From NCBI GenBank assembly GCA_041671225.1, contig JBAZBY010000001.1, positions 174,940 through 238,939 on the forward strand: a stretch of 64,000 nt of DNA. The letters are read 5' to 3'. Origin of the DNA: Patescibacteria group bacterium (GTDB lineage Bacteria > Patescibacteriota > Patescibacteriia > JBAZBY01). The notes under the pieces were generated by a model. It was not told where the DNA came from, did not search any database, and was given only the letters and a program-made list of their open reading frames with translations. Shown in pieces: positions 63,865-64,000 of this stretch (positions within the stretch are counted from its first letter, which is position 1; each line of letters starts with the position of its first letter). Position numbers and translations under genes: made by a program.

Positions 63865-64000
63865 GAGCGTCCCTCCTATGGAAACGAAACACCGGTACTA
63901 GAGCGCCCCCACCTTAACAGATACGCATGCATCGTCAACCGCCGCACCAATCGGAATGGTGATGGGCAGAAAAAATTGACCAAAAAGAGAAGGGTCCGTA

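Noticed and set aside
1602-63930. Accessory units as integron cassettes
   Set aside because: No attC-like GTTRRRY/RYYYAAC structure, no intI, the units are not arrayed, and each has its own promoter.

Overview
A 64-kb piece of a bacterial chromosome (code 11). Gene content suggests a Patescibacteria/CPR organism, which is an inference. The backbone is housekeeping: groES/EL with a CIRCE operator, uvrA/B/C, secG, an OppA-type binding protein, rnj, trpS, murI, a phosphomutase, lgt-glyA-folD-NUDIX-ychF, rpsF-ssb-rpsR-efp, recA, rodZ-like, ftsK, rpoBC, murE, femAB-like, ruvA, rpsT, holA, polA, two large surface proteins, tRNA-Leu(CAG) and tRNA-Arg(CCG). About 11 GC-richer units of 1-2 genes sit singly between these genes. 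Each has its own sigma70-like promoter, usually a strong Shine-Dalgarno (often GGAGGG), often a boxA-like leader motif, and its own terminator. In contrast, most core genes lack an SD and many look leaderless. The cargo includes divergent Prs, PurF and MTAP/PNP enzymes, two orphan STAS proteins, a HExxH lipoprotein, a GNAT, a cupin, a Cys-rich zinc-ribbon protein and orphans. Short palindromic elements lie within the coding frames of rpoC, lgt and uvrA. No integrase, transposase, prophage or CRISPR array was seen.
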